Positions 38,369 to 47,142 are shown, numbered from the stretch's first letter. The stretch is DNA of 64,000 nucleotides from an uncultured Candidatus Saccharibacteria bacterium (GCA_964537935.1 CAZICT010000001.1:70870-134869), one strand, 5' to 3'. The notes: generated by a model not told the origin, from the letters alone. Numbers and translations are program-made.

Positions 38369-38484
38369 TGTTTGCCGTAAGTAATTTAAGGGAAAAGAGC
38401 AGCCAGAGCTTGAATTCATTTCAAACCCTGCGCGATGAGAAAAACCGCAGGTTTGTTTCATGCTCAGACAAGGAGGCAAAGTAA
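38368..38484 (+). CDS. Candidate 38-aa micro-ORF ([38 protein letters not shown]), paralog of 35465-35569
   Basis: ATG overlaps rplE stop (TAATG) and its stop overlaps the rpsN ATG (TAATG). Confidence 0.35.
   Translation: MFAVSNLREKSSQSLNSFQTLRDEKNRRFVSCSDKEAK
38383..38458 (+). repeat. Copy 2 of ~77-nt intergenic repeat (partner 35468-35545)
   Basis: Manual alignment; flanked by 17-nt direct repeat aaggaggcaaagtaatg (38354-70, 38470-86). Confidence 0.85.
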
Positions 38485-38753
38485 TGGCTAAAAAGTCTAT
38501 CGTAGCACGCGACCGTAAGCGCCAGAAAATGATCCAGCGCTACGCCGCAAAGCGAGCAGAACTGAAGGCCCTCGGTGACCGAGAAGGCCTCCATTTACTG
38601 CCGCGAAATTCATCACCAACCCGATGGAAGAATCGTTGTAACGAAACCGGACGTCCGCATGGCTATATGCGTCAATTCGGCTTAAACCGTATTTCTTTCC
38701 GTGAACATGCAAGCAAGGGCGAAATCCCTGGTGTAACAAAGTCAAGCTGGTAA
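38484..38753 (+). CDS. rpsN: 30S ribosomal protein S14 (uS14), 89-aa Cys-poor (non-zinc) form
   Basis: [16 protein letters not shown]...; ORF opens at 38460 but conserved start is 38484 after aaggagg. Confidence 0.94.
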   Translation: MAKKSIVARDRKRQKMIQRYAAKRAELKALGDREGLHLLPRNSSPTRWKNRCNETGRPHGYMRQFGLNRISFREHASKGEIPGVTKSSW

Positions 38754-38763
38754 AGGAGCAGAT

Positions 38764-39165
38764 ATGTCTACAGTAACAACCGACCCAATAGCTGATATGC
38801 TCTCTCGAATTCGGAACGCAATTGCTGTTCGGAAGTCCGAGGTGTCTTTACCGCACTCAAAAGTCAAGGAAGCGGTAGCCCGACTGCTTAAAGAAAACCA
38901 CATGATCGCTGATGTTACGGTTGAAGAAGCCGTGGTTGGTAAAACGCTTAGGATTGTGGTTAATACCGAAAACACCAACGCCAATATCACTGAGATTAAG
39001 CGCCTAAGTACGCCAGGACGTCGTATGTACAGCAGTGCTGATAAAATTCCAGTAGTTAAGCGTGGTCGCGGAATTGTCATCGTCAGCACCAGCAAAGGCA
39101 TGTTGACCGGACAGGAAGCTAAACGCCTTGGTATTGGCGGCGAATTAATCTGCCAGGTGTATTAA
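38764..39165 (+). CDS. rpsH: 30S ribosomal protein S8 (uS8)
   Basis: DPIADMLSRIRNA typical uS8. Confidence 0.97.
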   Translation: MSTVTTDPIADMLSRIRNAIAVRKSEVSLPHSKVKEAVARLLKENHMIADVTVEEAVVGKTLRIVVNTENTNANITEIKRLSTPGRRMYSSADKIPVVKRGRGIVIVSTSKGMLTGQEAKRLGIGGELICQVY

Positions 39166-39183
39166 TAAAGTAAAGGATTAGAA

Positions 39184-39723
39184 ATGAGTCGTATAGGAAA
39201 ACTACCGATCGAAATTCCATCCGGTGTGACAATCACTGTCGACCCAGACGTAATTACAGTAGCGGGCTCCAAGGGCACGCTCACGCAATTTACAATGCCT
39301 GGGGTAGCCGTAAAGCAAGAAGACAATAAAATTGTCGTCACCCGGGATAATGACGAACCGAAGAATCGTGCCAAACACGGCTTAATGCGTTCGCTTATAA
39401 ACAATATGGTTTTAGGCGTTACTCAAGGTTTCAGCAAAAAGCTTGAAATCAATGGTGTTGGTTACCGTGTATCTCTTGCCGGTAACGCTTTAAAATTTAA
39501 TATCGGCTACTCGCATGAAGTGACGTTTACTTTGCCGCAAGGTATCACGGCTACGGTTGAACAAAATGTGATAACCGTCAACGGTATCAATAAGCAACAA
39601 GTAGGTCAGGTAGCTGCAGAAATCCGTGCGCTCCGCAAGCCTGAGCCATACAAGGGCAAGGGCATTAAGTATGCAGACGAGCGAATTATTCGTAAGTCTG
39701 GTAAATCAGGAAAGGATAAGTAA
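39184..39723 (+). CDS. rplF: 50S ribosomal protein L6 (uL6)
   Basis: MSRIGKLPIEIPSGV... Confidence 0.97.
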   Translation: MSRIGKLPIEIPSGVTITVDPDVITVAGSKGTLTQFTMPGVAVKQEDNKIVVTRDNDEPKNRAKHGLMRSLINNMVLGVTQGFSKKLEINGVGYRVSLAGNALKFNIGYSHEVTFTLPQGITATVEQNVITVNGINKQQVGQVAAEIRALRKPEPYKGKGIKYADERIIRKSGKSGKDK

Positions 39724-39734
39724 GGTAGGCTGTC

Positions 39735-40091
39735 ATGAATAGACTGAAGCAAACTACAAACAATCTTGCTCGACGAAAACACCGTATCCGTAAGACAGTT
39801 ACCGGAACAACGGAGCGTCCGCGTCTCAGCGTGTACATTAGCAATCAGCATGTTACCGCTCAAATCGTCGATGATAGCAAACAACATACACTGGCCTATG
39901 TTACTACAGTTGGACAGAAGGCGACTGGCGACACGATGACGGCAAAAGCTGTTTGGGTTGGCAAAGAAGTTGCCAAAAAAGCTAAGTCGGCTAAGGTCAA
40001 AAAAGTAGTTTTTGACCGTAACGGCCGATTGTATCATGGTAGAATAAAAGCCCTCGCCGATGCCGCAAGGGAAGGCGGATTGGAGTTTTAA
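39735..40091 (+). CDS. rplR: 50S ribosomal protein L18 (uL18)
   Basis: uL18-like, ...YHGRIKALADAAREGGLEF. Confidence 0.96.
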   Translation: MNRLKQTTNNLARRKHRIRKTVTGTTERPRLSVYISNQHVTAQIVDDSKQHTLAYVTTVGQKATGDTMTAKAVWVGKEVAKKAKSAKVKKVVFDRNGRLYHGRIKALADAAREGGLEF

Positions 40092-40092
40092 T

Positions 40093-40689
40093 ATGGCACA
40101 AGCACAGACAAATCGTAGACGAGCCGAAGCACCGCGTGAAGAAAAGCAGTTCGACGAGCGAGTCGTAAATATTGACCGGGTTGCCCGCGTAGTTAAGGGC
40201 GGACGTCGTTTCCGTTTCCGCGCATTGGTAGTGATCGGCGATCATAAAGGCAAAGTCGGAATCGGAGTTTCTAAAGGAGCCGATGTTACAACTGCAGTTG
40301 CTAAAGCTGTCGATGTAGCTAAGAAAAACATGATCACAATCAGCACCTACAATGACACGATTCCTCATGAGGCACAGGCAAAGGTCGGTGGCGCACAAAT
40401 CTTAGTTAAACCGGCTGCCCAGGGTACCGGTTTGATAGCCGGTGGTGTCGTACGAACCATTTTAGAGGTTGCTGGAATTAGTAACGCACTTTCTAAGTCA
40501 CTTGGTTCAACCAATAAGATAAATACAGCTTACGCAACCATTACAGCACTTCAAAGTATACAACCGGCAAATAAATGGATTACGCGGCAAAGCAAGGAAC
40601 GTACAGATTCAAAGAAATCCACTACGAAAGAACAAGCTAAGCCTGCAGATAAGAAGCCGGTTAAAAAAGCAAAAGCGGAGACTAAGTAA
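40093..40689 (+). CDS. rpsE: 30S ribosomal protein S5 (uS5) with basic C-terminal tail
   Basis: ORF opens at 40060; ATG 40093 follows rplR stop; VVKGGRRFRFRALVVIGD typical. Confidence 0.95.
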   Translation: MAQAQTNRRRAEAPREEKQFDERVVNIDRVARVVKGGRRFRFRALVVIGDHKGKVGIGVSKGADVTTAVAKAVDVAKKNMITISTYNDTIPHEAQAKVGGAQILVKPAAQGTGLIAGGVVRTILEVAGISNALSKSLGSTNKINTAYATITALQSIQPANKWITRQSKERTDSKKSTTKEQAKPADKKPVKKAKAETK

Positions 40690-41159
40690 TGAAGTATAAC
40701 GAACTAAATATCTCAGCCAATCGTCGTTCACGTCGTGTCGGACGCGGTATCGCCGCCGGACAAGGTAAAACCGCCGGACGCGGTACAAAAGGACAGAGCG
40801 CACGCAAGGGAAATGGACGACGTCCAGGATTTGAAGGTGGGCAAAACCCCTTAATGCAACGCCTGCCTAAGCTTCCTGGCTTTACTTCCATACGCCCTAA
40901 AGCTGAGCTGGTCTATACCGGACAGTTGGACCAATTTGCCGGTGGTACAGTTGACAACTTTACGGTCGCTAATGCCGGCCTGACCTCCAGCCCTTACGTT
41001 AAGGTCAAACTGATTAATAAAGGCGAAGTGACTAAAAAAGTCACTGTTAAGCTTCAAGCTGCCAGCCAATCAGCGATTGAAGCTGTTCAAAAAGCCGGCG
41101 GAACCTTTGCTCAGGTCAAACAAGTGGGCCGCAGCAAGAAGGAAAAAAAGACCGATTAA
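40689..41159 (+). CDS. rplO: 50S ribosomal protein L15 (uL15)
   Basis: TAATG overlap directly with rpsE (no rpmD between); GRGIAAGQGKTAGRGTKGQ. Confidence 0.96.
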   Translation: MKYNELNISANRRSRRVGRGIAAGQGKTAGRGTKGQSARKGNGRRPGFEGGQNPLMQRLPKLPGFTSIRPKAELVYTGQLDQFAGGTVDNFTVANAGLTSSPYVKVKLINKGEVTKKVTVKLQAASQSAIEAVQKAGGTFAQVKQVGRSKKEKKTD

Positions 41160-41184
41160 CATATCATGCCTACCAGGGCTACAA

Positions 41185-41217
41185 TAACCGCTCTAACATT
41201 CAGGGCGGTTATTTTTA
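41185..41217 (+). terminator. Rho-independent terminator after rplO
   Basis: ataaccgc-13 nt loop-gcggttat followed by ttttatt. Confidence 0.6.
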
Positions 41218-41323
41218 TTGAATTTTAGTCAAAATATTAATGCGAAAACATCGTTGCTCATGTATACTAGGTAGAAGTTTTATGTTGGAATAATCTCAAA
41301 AAAGAGGGAAAACAGTTTTTGTT

Positions 41324-42835
41324 ATGAGCTGGAAAATCATCTGGAAATCACTGAAAAGCAGCGATATGCGCAACCGCATATTGGCTGTTTTGGGCATGCT
41401 GCTGGTGTTTAGAATACTTGCACACATACCTATTCCGCTAAGTGACCCGCAAACATTACGTCAAGTACTCGATAACCTGTTTAATACCGATACGCCTCAG
41501 CTTCTGAACTTTATCAATGTTTTATCCGGGGGAGCGCTAACTAATTTCTCCATAATGCTTGTTGGGCTTGGGCCTTATATTAATGCCAGCATCATTATGC
41601 AGTTGCTCACCAAGGCCATACCAAAGCTGGAAGAACTTAACAAAGAGGGTGAATTCGGCCGCAAGAAAATCAACCAGTACACGCGTATGCTTACATTGCC
41701 TTTGGCTATAATTCAATCAATCGGTGCTATTTATCTGGTACGACAACAAGCCAGCCAGGTGGCCGGTATCGGAGATATTACGGCCAACACAACGTTAATG
41801 CAGTGGGGATTGATGGTTGCTGCCCTGACAGGTGGGGCAATGCTGCTTATGTGGCTGGGTGAACTCATTACCGAACAAAGTATCGGTAACGGTATCTCAC
41901 TGATTATTACAATTGGTATCGTGAGTACTTTGCCGACAACCATATCAAGTATTGCCAGTGCGGTGACCGATCCTTCTATCGCAGACAGGACCTTCTCGCT
42001 GCTTAACAGGAGTATTTCTATCAACTATCAACAGTTATGGGTAGCGCTGGCTATTTTGCTCGTTACTATTTTAGTAACCGTCTTCATAGTCAAGATAAAC
42101 GAAGCGTCCAGGCGACTTACCGTGCAGTACGCTAAGCGTGTTCAAGGTAACCGCGCATATGGCGGCGTAACGACCGTCCTGCCGGTTAAACTTATAACAG
42201 CTGGTGTTATTCCGATCATTTTCGCGGTGGCTTTCCTCAGTGTGCCCAGCTTCGTCGGTCAGCTGTTACTTAATAATTCAAGCGCCAGGCTACAGGAATT
42301 AGGTAGCAACCTCGTTTTATGGTTCCAGCCACCTACATCTCAAACATTTGCTCAGGGCGGCTTTGAGCCTTTTATCTATCCGGTAACTTACTTTCTGTTA
42401 GTTTTTATATTTACCTTCTTCTATACGGGCATTACCTTCAACTCCAAAGAGATTGCCGAAAACCTGCAGAAACAAGGCGGCTTCATAGAAGGTGTCCGAT
42501 CCGGAAAACAAACCGAAAAATATCTAAGCAAGGTTGTTAACCGGCTAACATTGTTTGGCGCTTTGGCGCTCGGTTTAATCGCTATTTTGCCGATCGTCGG
42601 TCAAATCTTCGTTGCCAGCAGCATTGCTATCGGAGGAACCAGCATTTTGATCCTGGTGTCGGTAGCTCTTGAAACGCTGCGATCTGTCGAGTCACGCGCT
42701 CTGATGGTGACCTATGATCAGTATGAGCAACCTGACTTTTTCTATGACCAAAGCGCACCCGCACACGCTGCCACCGGCGCCCGAAAATTACGCTTTTTAC
42801 CACGTCGCAATAAAAAAGACAAAAAAGAATCATAA
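41324..42835 (+). CDS. secY: Protein translocase subunit SecY (503 aa, longer than typical)
   Basis: 10-TM SecY-like translation, GGALTNFSIMLVGLGPYINASII motif. Confidence 0.95.
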   Translation: MSWKIIWKSLKSSDMRNRILAVLGMLLVFRILAHIPIPLSDPQTLRQVLDNLFNTDTPQLLNFINVLSGGALTNFSIMLVGLGPYINASIIMQLLTKAIPKLEELNKEGEFGRKKINQYTRMLTLPLAIIQSIGAIYLVRQQASQVAGIGDITANTTLMQWGLMVAALTGGAMLLMWLGELITEQSIGNGISLIITIGIVSTLPTTISSIASAVTDPSIADRTFSLLNRSISINYQQLWVALAILLVTILVTVFIVKINEASRRLTVQYAKRVQGNRAYGGVTTVLPVKLITAGVIPIIFAVAFLSVPSFVGQLLLNNSSARLQELGSNLVLWFQPPTSQTFAQGGFEPFIYPVTYFLLVFIFTFFYTGITFNSKEIAENLQKQGGFIEGVRSGKQTEKYLSKVVNRLTLFGALALGLIAILPIVGQIFVASSIAIGGTSILILVSVALETLRSVESRALMVTYDQYEQPDFFYDQSAPAHAATGARKLRFLPRRNKKDKKES

Positions 42836-42840
42836 AACCC

Positions 42841-42870
42841 TTTACAAGTCGTTGTAGTTTTTGGTATAGT
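42841..42870 (+). promoter_or_regulatory. Promoter for infA-rpmJ-rpsM...
   Basis: TTTACA-N18-TATAGT with TGg extended -10. Confidence 0.6.
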
Positions 42871-42889
42871 TAAACCTTGTTATATCTGT

Positions 42890-43108
42890 ATGGCCAAAAA
42901 TAAGGAAGTTATCGAGTTGACGGGGGTGGTAACCGAGGCATTGCCTGGGACACAATTCCGCGTGGAGCTCGAAAACGGTCACCAGATCATAGCTCATGTC
43001 GCCGGCAAGATGCGAAAACATTACATTCGTTTAGTGCCCGGAGACAGCGTTACGGTTGAGTTAACCCCTTACGACCTTTCGAAGGGCAGAATCACCTACC
43101 GCAAGTAA
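42890..43108 (+). CDS. infA: Translation initiation factor IF-1
   Basis: 72 aa S1-like; [25 protein letters not shown]. Confidence 0.96.
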   Translation: MAKNKEVIELTGVVTEALPGTQFRVELENGHQIIAHVAGKMRKHYIRLVPGDSVTVELTPYDLSKGRITYRK

Positions 43109-43168
43109 TTTTATAAATCATATAAGCAGTGTGTCATTGACCGAAGCAAGAAAGGAACAATGATCCGT

Positions 43169-43285
43169 ATGAAAGTACGTGCAAGCATCAAGAAGATCAG
43201 CCCTGACGACAAAATTGTTCGTCGCAAGGGGCGTCTTTACGTTATCAACAAGAATAAACCTAAGCACAAGCAGCGCCAGGGGTAA
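43169..43285 (+). CDS. rpmJ: 50S ribosomal protein L36 (bL36), Cys-free form
   Basis: Not in ORF track (38 aa): [38 protein letters not shown]. Confidence 0.92.
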   Translation: MKVRASIKKISPDDKIVRRKGRLYVINKNKPKHKQRQG

Positions 43286-43291
43286 TTATAT

Positions 43292-43678
43292 ATGGCAAGA
43301 ATTTCCGGAGTAACTATTCCTGACAACAAACAGCTGCATGTGGCCTTGACCTATATTTACGGCATTGGTCCTAAGACAAGTGCTGACATCATCGAGACGG
43401 CTAAGATTGACCCGACAGTCCGCGTCAAGAACCTAACCGATACCGAAATTGCTCGCATCCAGGACATAATCAATGACGAGTATACCGTTGAAGGTGAGCT
43501 ACAGCGTATCGTGACCACTAATATTAAAAGACTCAAGGACATCAATAGCTACCGCGGCATAAGACACAAGGGTAATTTACCGTCACGCGGACAACGCACC
43601 CGCACCAACGCACGTACCCGACGCGGCAGGCGTATCGCTGTTGGTGGCAGTCAACCTAAAGCAGCGTCTAAGACCTAG
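43292..43678 (+). CDS. rpsM: 30S ribosomal protein S13 (uS13)
   Basis: MARISGVTIPDNK... Confidence 0.97.
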   Translation: MARISGVTIPDNKQLHVALTYIYGIGPKTSADIIETAKIDPTVRVKNLTDTEIARIQDIINDEYTVEGELQRIVTTNIKRLKDINSYRGIRHKGNLPSRGQRTRTNARTRRGRRIAVGGSQPKAASKT

Positions 43679-43690
43679 GAGTAAAGTAAT

Positions 43691-44086
43691 ATGGCAGAAA
43701 TTTCTACCGCAGCTCGCAAAAAGAAGGCAAAGCGCTCCGTACCATACGGTCAGATGCATGTACTTGCGACCTTCAATAATACGATCATCACATTTACCGA
43801 CCCCACAGGCGGCGTTTTGACAATCGCCAGCGCCGGTGCTATGGGTTTTCGTGGCTCAAAGAAGGGCACAGCCTACGCAGCTCAGGTTGCTGCTGAAAAG
43901 GCAGCCAATGCTGCAAAACAGCTCCACGGGCTTAGTAAAGTTGATGTTTTTATTAAGGGAATCGGTTTAGGTCGGGAGGCGGCGGTTCGAACGCTCACCA
44001 ATCTAGACATCCGTGTTGAATCAATTAAAGACGTTACGGGAATACCGCATGGTGGTGTGCGACCCCGCAAGGCACGTCGAGTTTAA
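43691..44086 (+). CDS. rpsK: 30S ribosomal protein S11 (uS11)
   Basis: uS11-like, ...TGIPHGGVRPRKARRV. Confidence 0.97.
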   Translation: MAEISTAARKKKAKRSVPYGQMHVLATFNNTIITFTDPTGGVLTIASAGAMGFRGSKKGTAYAAQVAAEKAANAAKQLHGLSKVDVFIKGIGLGREAAVRTLTNLDIRVESIKDVTGIPHGGVRPRKARRV

Positions 44087-44104
44087 GGGTGAGGAGATAA
44101 TATA

Positions 44105-44719
44105 ATGGCAAGAGATACTCACTCAATCGTAAAAATGAGCCGACGTGAAGGTTATGCGCTTCATCCCAAGGCTCACAAGGCACTGGTCAAACGTTCGACT
44201 ATTCCGGGTGAACATGGCCGCTCAAGGCAAGGCAAACCAAGCCAGTACGCGCTGCAATTACGCGAGAAGCAAAAAGTAAAGCGGCTTTATGGCTTATTGG
44301 AACGTCAGTTCGCTAATTTGATGAATGAAGCAACTCGCCGCGAAGGCCAAGCAGGTGAAATGCTCTTACAACTACTTGAGCGCAGAGCTGACAACGCGAT
44401 TTACCGCGCTGGTTTTGCTCCATCACGTCGAGCAGCTCGTCAGCTTGTTACCCACGGCCACTTTATGTTAAACGGCCGGCGAGTTGATATACCGTCGATA
44501 CGCCTAAAGGCAGGTGACGTGCTTGTTATTCGTGACAAAAGCAAGTCAAATGAATACTTCAAGAAAATTGATGATGTAAGCCCGACTCCTTCTGAAGTTC
44601 CAGGCTGGCTTAAGGTTAACCGTAAGAAATTTGAAGTAACCGTTACCGGCGTTCCTTCTCGTGAAGAAGCCGAACCGGATATTAATGAACAATTAATCGT
44701 TGAATATTACTCACGCTAA
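44105..44719 (+). CDS. rpsD: 30S ribosomal protein S4 (uS4)
   Basis: 204 aa; S4 RNA-binding domain. Confidence 0.96.
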   Translation: MARDTHSIVKMSRREGYALHPKAHKALVKRSTIPGEHGRSRQGKPSQYALQLREKQKVKRLYGLLERQFANLMNEATRREGQAGEMLLQLLERRADNAIYRAGFAPSRRAARQLVTHGHFMLNGRRVDIPSIRLKAGDVLVIRDKSKSNEYFKKIDDVSPTPSEVPGWLKVNRKKFEVTVTGVPSREEAEPDINEQLIVEYYSR

Positions 44720-44738
44720 GGGAGGCGAAGAAGATATT

Positions 44739-45677
44739 ATGTCAAAAACAATATACACACCGGGAGTAGTCAGCGTAGACGAGCACAACGATAACAGTGC
44801 TACATTTACCGTTGAACCGCTCCACACAGGCTACGGCATGACCCTCGGCAACAGCCTTCGTCGCGTGTTGCTGTCAAGCATTGCCGGTGCAGCAGTTACT
44901 GCCTTCAAGGTAGAGGGCGCAACCCATGAGTTTACAACTCTACCGGGCGTCAAAGAAGATATTGTCGACATTATGCTAAACCTTAAGGGTATACGGTTCC
45001 GTGTGTTTGGTGATGATGCTCAAACGCTCCGTATCACTAAGAAGGGTAAAGGCGCAGTAACTGCCAAGGATATTCAGGTAAACGCTGACGTTGAAGTTGT
45101 AAATCCGGACCATGTTATTGCTAACGTTGACGATGATAAAGCGAACTTTGTAATGGACTTAACCGTAGAAGTAGGCCGAGGTTACCGAACGATCGAAGAA
45201 GGTACTGCCCGAAAAGCGAGCGATATGATTGCCGTTGATGCTGTATTTAGCCCGGTTCAACGAGTTCGCTACAAGGTGGAAAATACCCGTGTCGGCCAAA
45301 TGACTGACCTGGATAAATTGCTGCTTACGGTTGATACCGACGGTTCAATCACTCCACAAGACGCTTTTGAAGAAGCATCTGCAATCCTGGTAAATCAATA
45401 CACTGCCCTAGCTGGCCAAACGACCGTTGAGGCTTCAGCACCTCTAACAGCCAGTGGAGCAGATGATATGAATGAGGAAGAAGATTCAGCTGAACTAATG
45501 ACACCGATCGAAGATCTTAACCTGTCAGCACGCACAACCAATGCGCTTATCAATAACGACATTCATACACTTAAAGACCTGTTTTCGCTGAGCGATACCG
45601 AACTGCGAGAACTCAAGGGATTTGGCAGCAAAGCACTTGACGAGGTAAAAGATAAACTCGCGGAGTTGGAGCTGTAG
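44739..45677 (+). CDS. rpoA: DNA-directed RNA polymerase subunit alpha
   Basis: ORF opens at 44700; ATG 44739 follows aagggagg; NTD + CTD (LNLSARTTNALINNDIHTLKDL). Confidence 0.95.
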   Translation: MSKTIYTPGVVSVDEHNDNSATFTVEPLHTGYGMTLGNSLRRVLLSSIAGAAVTAFKVEGATHEFTTLPGVKEDIVDIMLNLKGIRFRVFGDDAQTLRITKKGKGAVTAKDIQVNADVEVVNPDHVIANVDDDKANFVMDLTVEVGRGYRTIEEGTARKASDMIAVDAVFSPVQRVRYKVENTRVGQMTDLDKLLLTVDTDGSITPQDAFEEASAILVNQYTALAGQTTVEASAPLTASGADDMNEEEDSAELMTPIEDLNLSARTTNALINNDIHTLKDLFSLSDTELRELKGFGSKALDEVKDKLAELEL

Positions 45678-45678
45678 T

Positions 45679-46137
45679 ATGCATCGTCATGGATATAAAG
45701 GACGTAAGTTCAATCGCGAACGAGATCAGCGCCGAGCACTCATGAAGGGCTTAGCTGACAGTCTGATTAAATACGAATCGATTGAAACTACTTTGCCTAA
45801 GGCAAAAGAGGTGGTGCCATACGTAGAAAAGCTTATCACCAAAGCTAAAAAGGGTGATTTACACAATCGACGTCAGGTTATAGGCAAGCTTCAGACGCTA
45901 GAAGCAGCTCATAAGCTGGTCGACGATATCGCACCAAAGCTCAATGCACGCAACAGCGGACACTTAAAGGTCGAGCGCACTACTGTGCGCCGTGGTGATA
46001 ATGCACAATTGGCACGTGTAAGCTTTGTGGACGACTTAAAAGAAGCTCCAGTTGCTAAGGCCGCCACTCCTAAAGCAAAGAAAGCTGGAACACCGTCCAC
46101 CAAAAAGGCGGCCGTCGCTACTAAGGAGACCAAGTAA
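45679..46137 (+). CDS. rplQ: 50S ribosomal protein L17 (bL17) with Lys/Ala/Pro-rich C-tail
   Basis: MHRHGYKGRKFNRERDQRRAL... typical bL17. Confidence 0.96.
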   Translation: MHRHGYKGRKFNRERDQRRALMKGLADSLIKYESIETTLPKAKEVVPYVEKLITKAKKGDLHNRRQVIGKLQTLEAAHKLVDDIAPKLNARNSGHLKVERTTVRRGDNAQLARVSFVDDLKEAPVAKAATPKAKKAGTPSTKKAAVATKETK

Positions 46138-46583
46138 TGAAAACTTACAATGCCAAACCATCAGAAATCACCCGTAAGTGGTATGTTCTCGATGCTTCAA
46201 AGGTAGCTTTAGGGCGTCTTTCTACTCAGGCAGCCTCATTATTGACCGGTAAAAATAAGCCGAGCTACACACCGCACATTGACACTGGCGATTATGTGAT
46301 TGTTGTGAACGCTGACAATCTGATTGTTACCGGTAATAAGCAGGAAAAGAAGAAGTATTATCGTCACACCCAGTACCCCGGTGGAATAAAGGAAGAAACC
46401 CTGAAAGACAAGATGGAAAAAGATTCTACTCAGGTAATTTACCGGTCTATCAGGGGAATGCTCCCGGTCAATAAGCTTCGTGATGGCCGTCTGGCTCGCC
46501 TAAAGGTATACGCCGGCGCAGAGCATAATCACGAGGCGCAAAAACCAGTAGCACTAGATATAAAGGAAGGCAAAAAGTCATGA
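46137..46583 (+). CDS. rplM: 50S ribosomal protein L13 (uL13)
   Basis: TAATG overlap with rplQ; MKTYNAKPSEITRKWYVLDA. Confidence 0.96.
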   Translation: MKTYNAKPSEITRKWYVLDASKVALGRLSTQAASLLTGKNKPSYTPHIDTGDYVIVVNADNLIVTGNKQEKKKYYRHTQYPGGIKEETLKDKMEKDSTQVIYRSIRGMLPVNKLRDGRLARLKVYAGAEHNHEAQKPVALDIKEGKKS

Positions 46584-46681
46584 TTTCATCATTTCATTTA
46601 ACACTTCGCGTTTATCAGTTTCCATTTGAAATGACAAATGACAAACGACCAATGACAAATGCCTCCAAAGGAGGTTTCTAA
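46580..46681 (+). CDS. Candidate 33-aa micro-ORF (MISSFHLTLRVYQFPFEMTNDKRPMTNASKGGF) between rplM and rpsI
   Basis: ATG overlaps rplM stop (ATGA); stop overlaps rpsI ATG (TAATG); spacer also rich in CATTT/AAATG repeats. Confidence 0.2.
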   Translation: MISSFHLTLRVYQFPFEMTNDKRPMTNASKGGF

Positions 46682-47082
46682 TGGCCGCAGCCAATTATTT
46701 TTATGCACTTGGACGACGTAAGAGCGCTACAGCTCGAGTTCGACTGATGAACGGCAAAGGCAATATCACTATTAATGATAAGCCGGCAAACGAGTATTTT
46801 TCAGGAAGCAAATATCTGCTCACAGAACTTACACGTCCGTTTAATGCAGTTGAACTTGAGAACAATAAGTTCGATGTCAGCGTTGTTGTTTCAGGTGGCG
46901 GACATAACGGACAAGTAGAAGCAATCCGCTTGGGCATTGCAAAAGCTCTGGCCGTTATGAACGAAGACCTTAAGGGTACGCTTCGTCGCGCTGAACTTCT
47001 TGGTCGAGACCCAAGAGAAAAAGAACGCAAGAAGTTTGGCCTCAAGGGCGCCCGTAAACAACGACAGTTCACCAAGCGTTAA
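46681..47082 (+). CDS. rpsI: 30S ribosomal protein S9 (uS9)
   Basis: uS9-like, ends ...KGARKQRQFTKR. Confidence 0.96.
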   Translation: MAAANYFYALGRRKSATARVRLMNGKGNITINDKPANEYFSGSKYLLTELTRPFNAVELENNKFDVSVVVSGGGHNGQVEAIRLGIAKALAVMNEDLKGTLRRAELLGRDPREKERKKFGLKGARKQRQFTKR

Positions 47083-47101
47083 ACAATACGGTATTAATAT
47101 C

Positions 47102-47128
47102 AAAAGCTCGGACCAGTTCCGGGCTTTT
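47102..47128 (+). terminator. Rho-independent terminator after rpsI
   Basis: aaaagctcgga-ccagt-tccgggctttt. Confidence 0.7.
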
Positions 47129-47142
47129 GGTATATTTATCTA

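Noticed and set aside
35466-46583. Possibility of an alternative genetic code (UGA recoding, as in some CPR lineages)
   Set aside because: TGA functions as a genuine stop at conserved protein ends (rplV 35466-68, rplM 46581-83). Conserved genes have no in-frame TGA. The standard code 11 fits.
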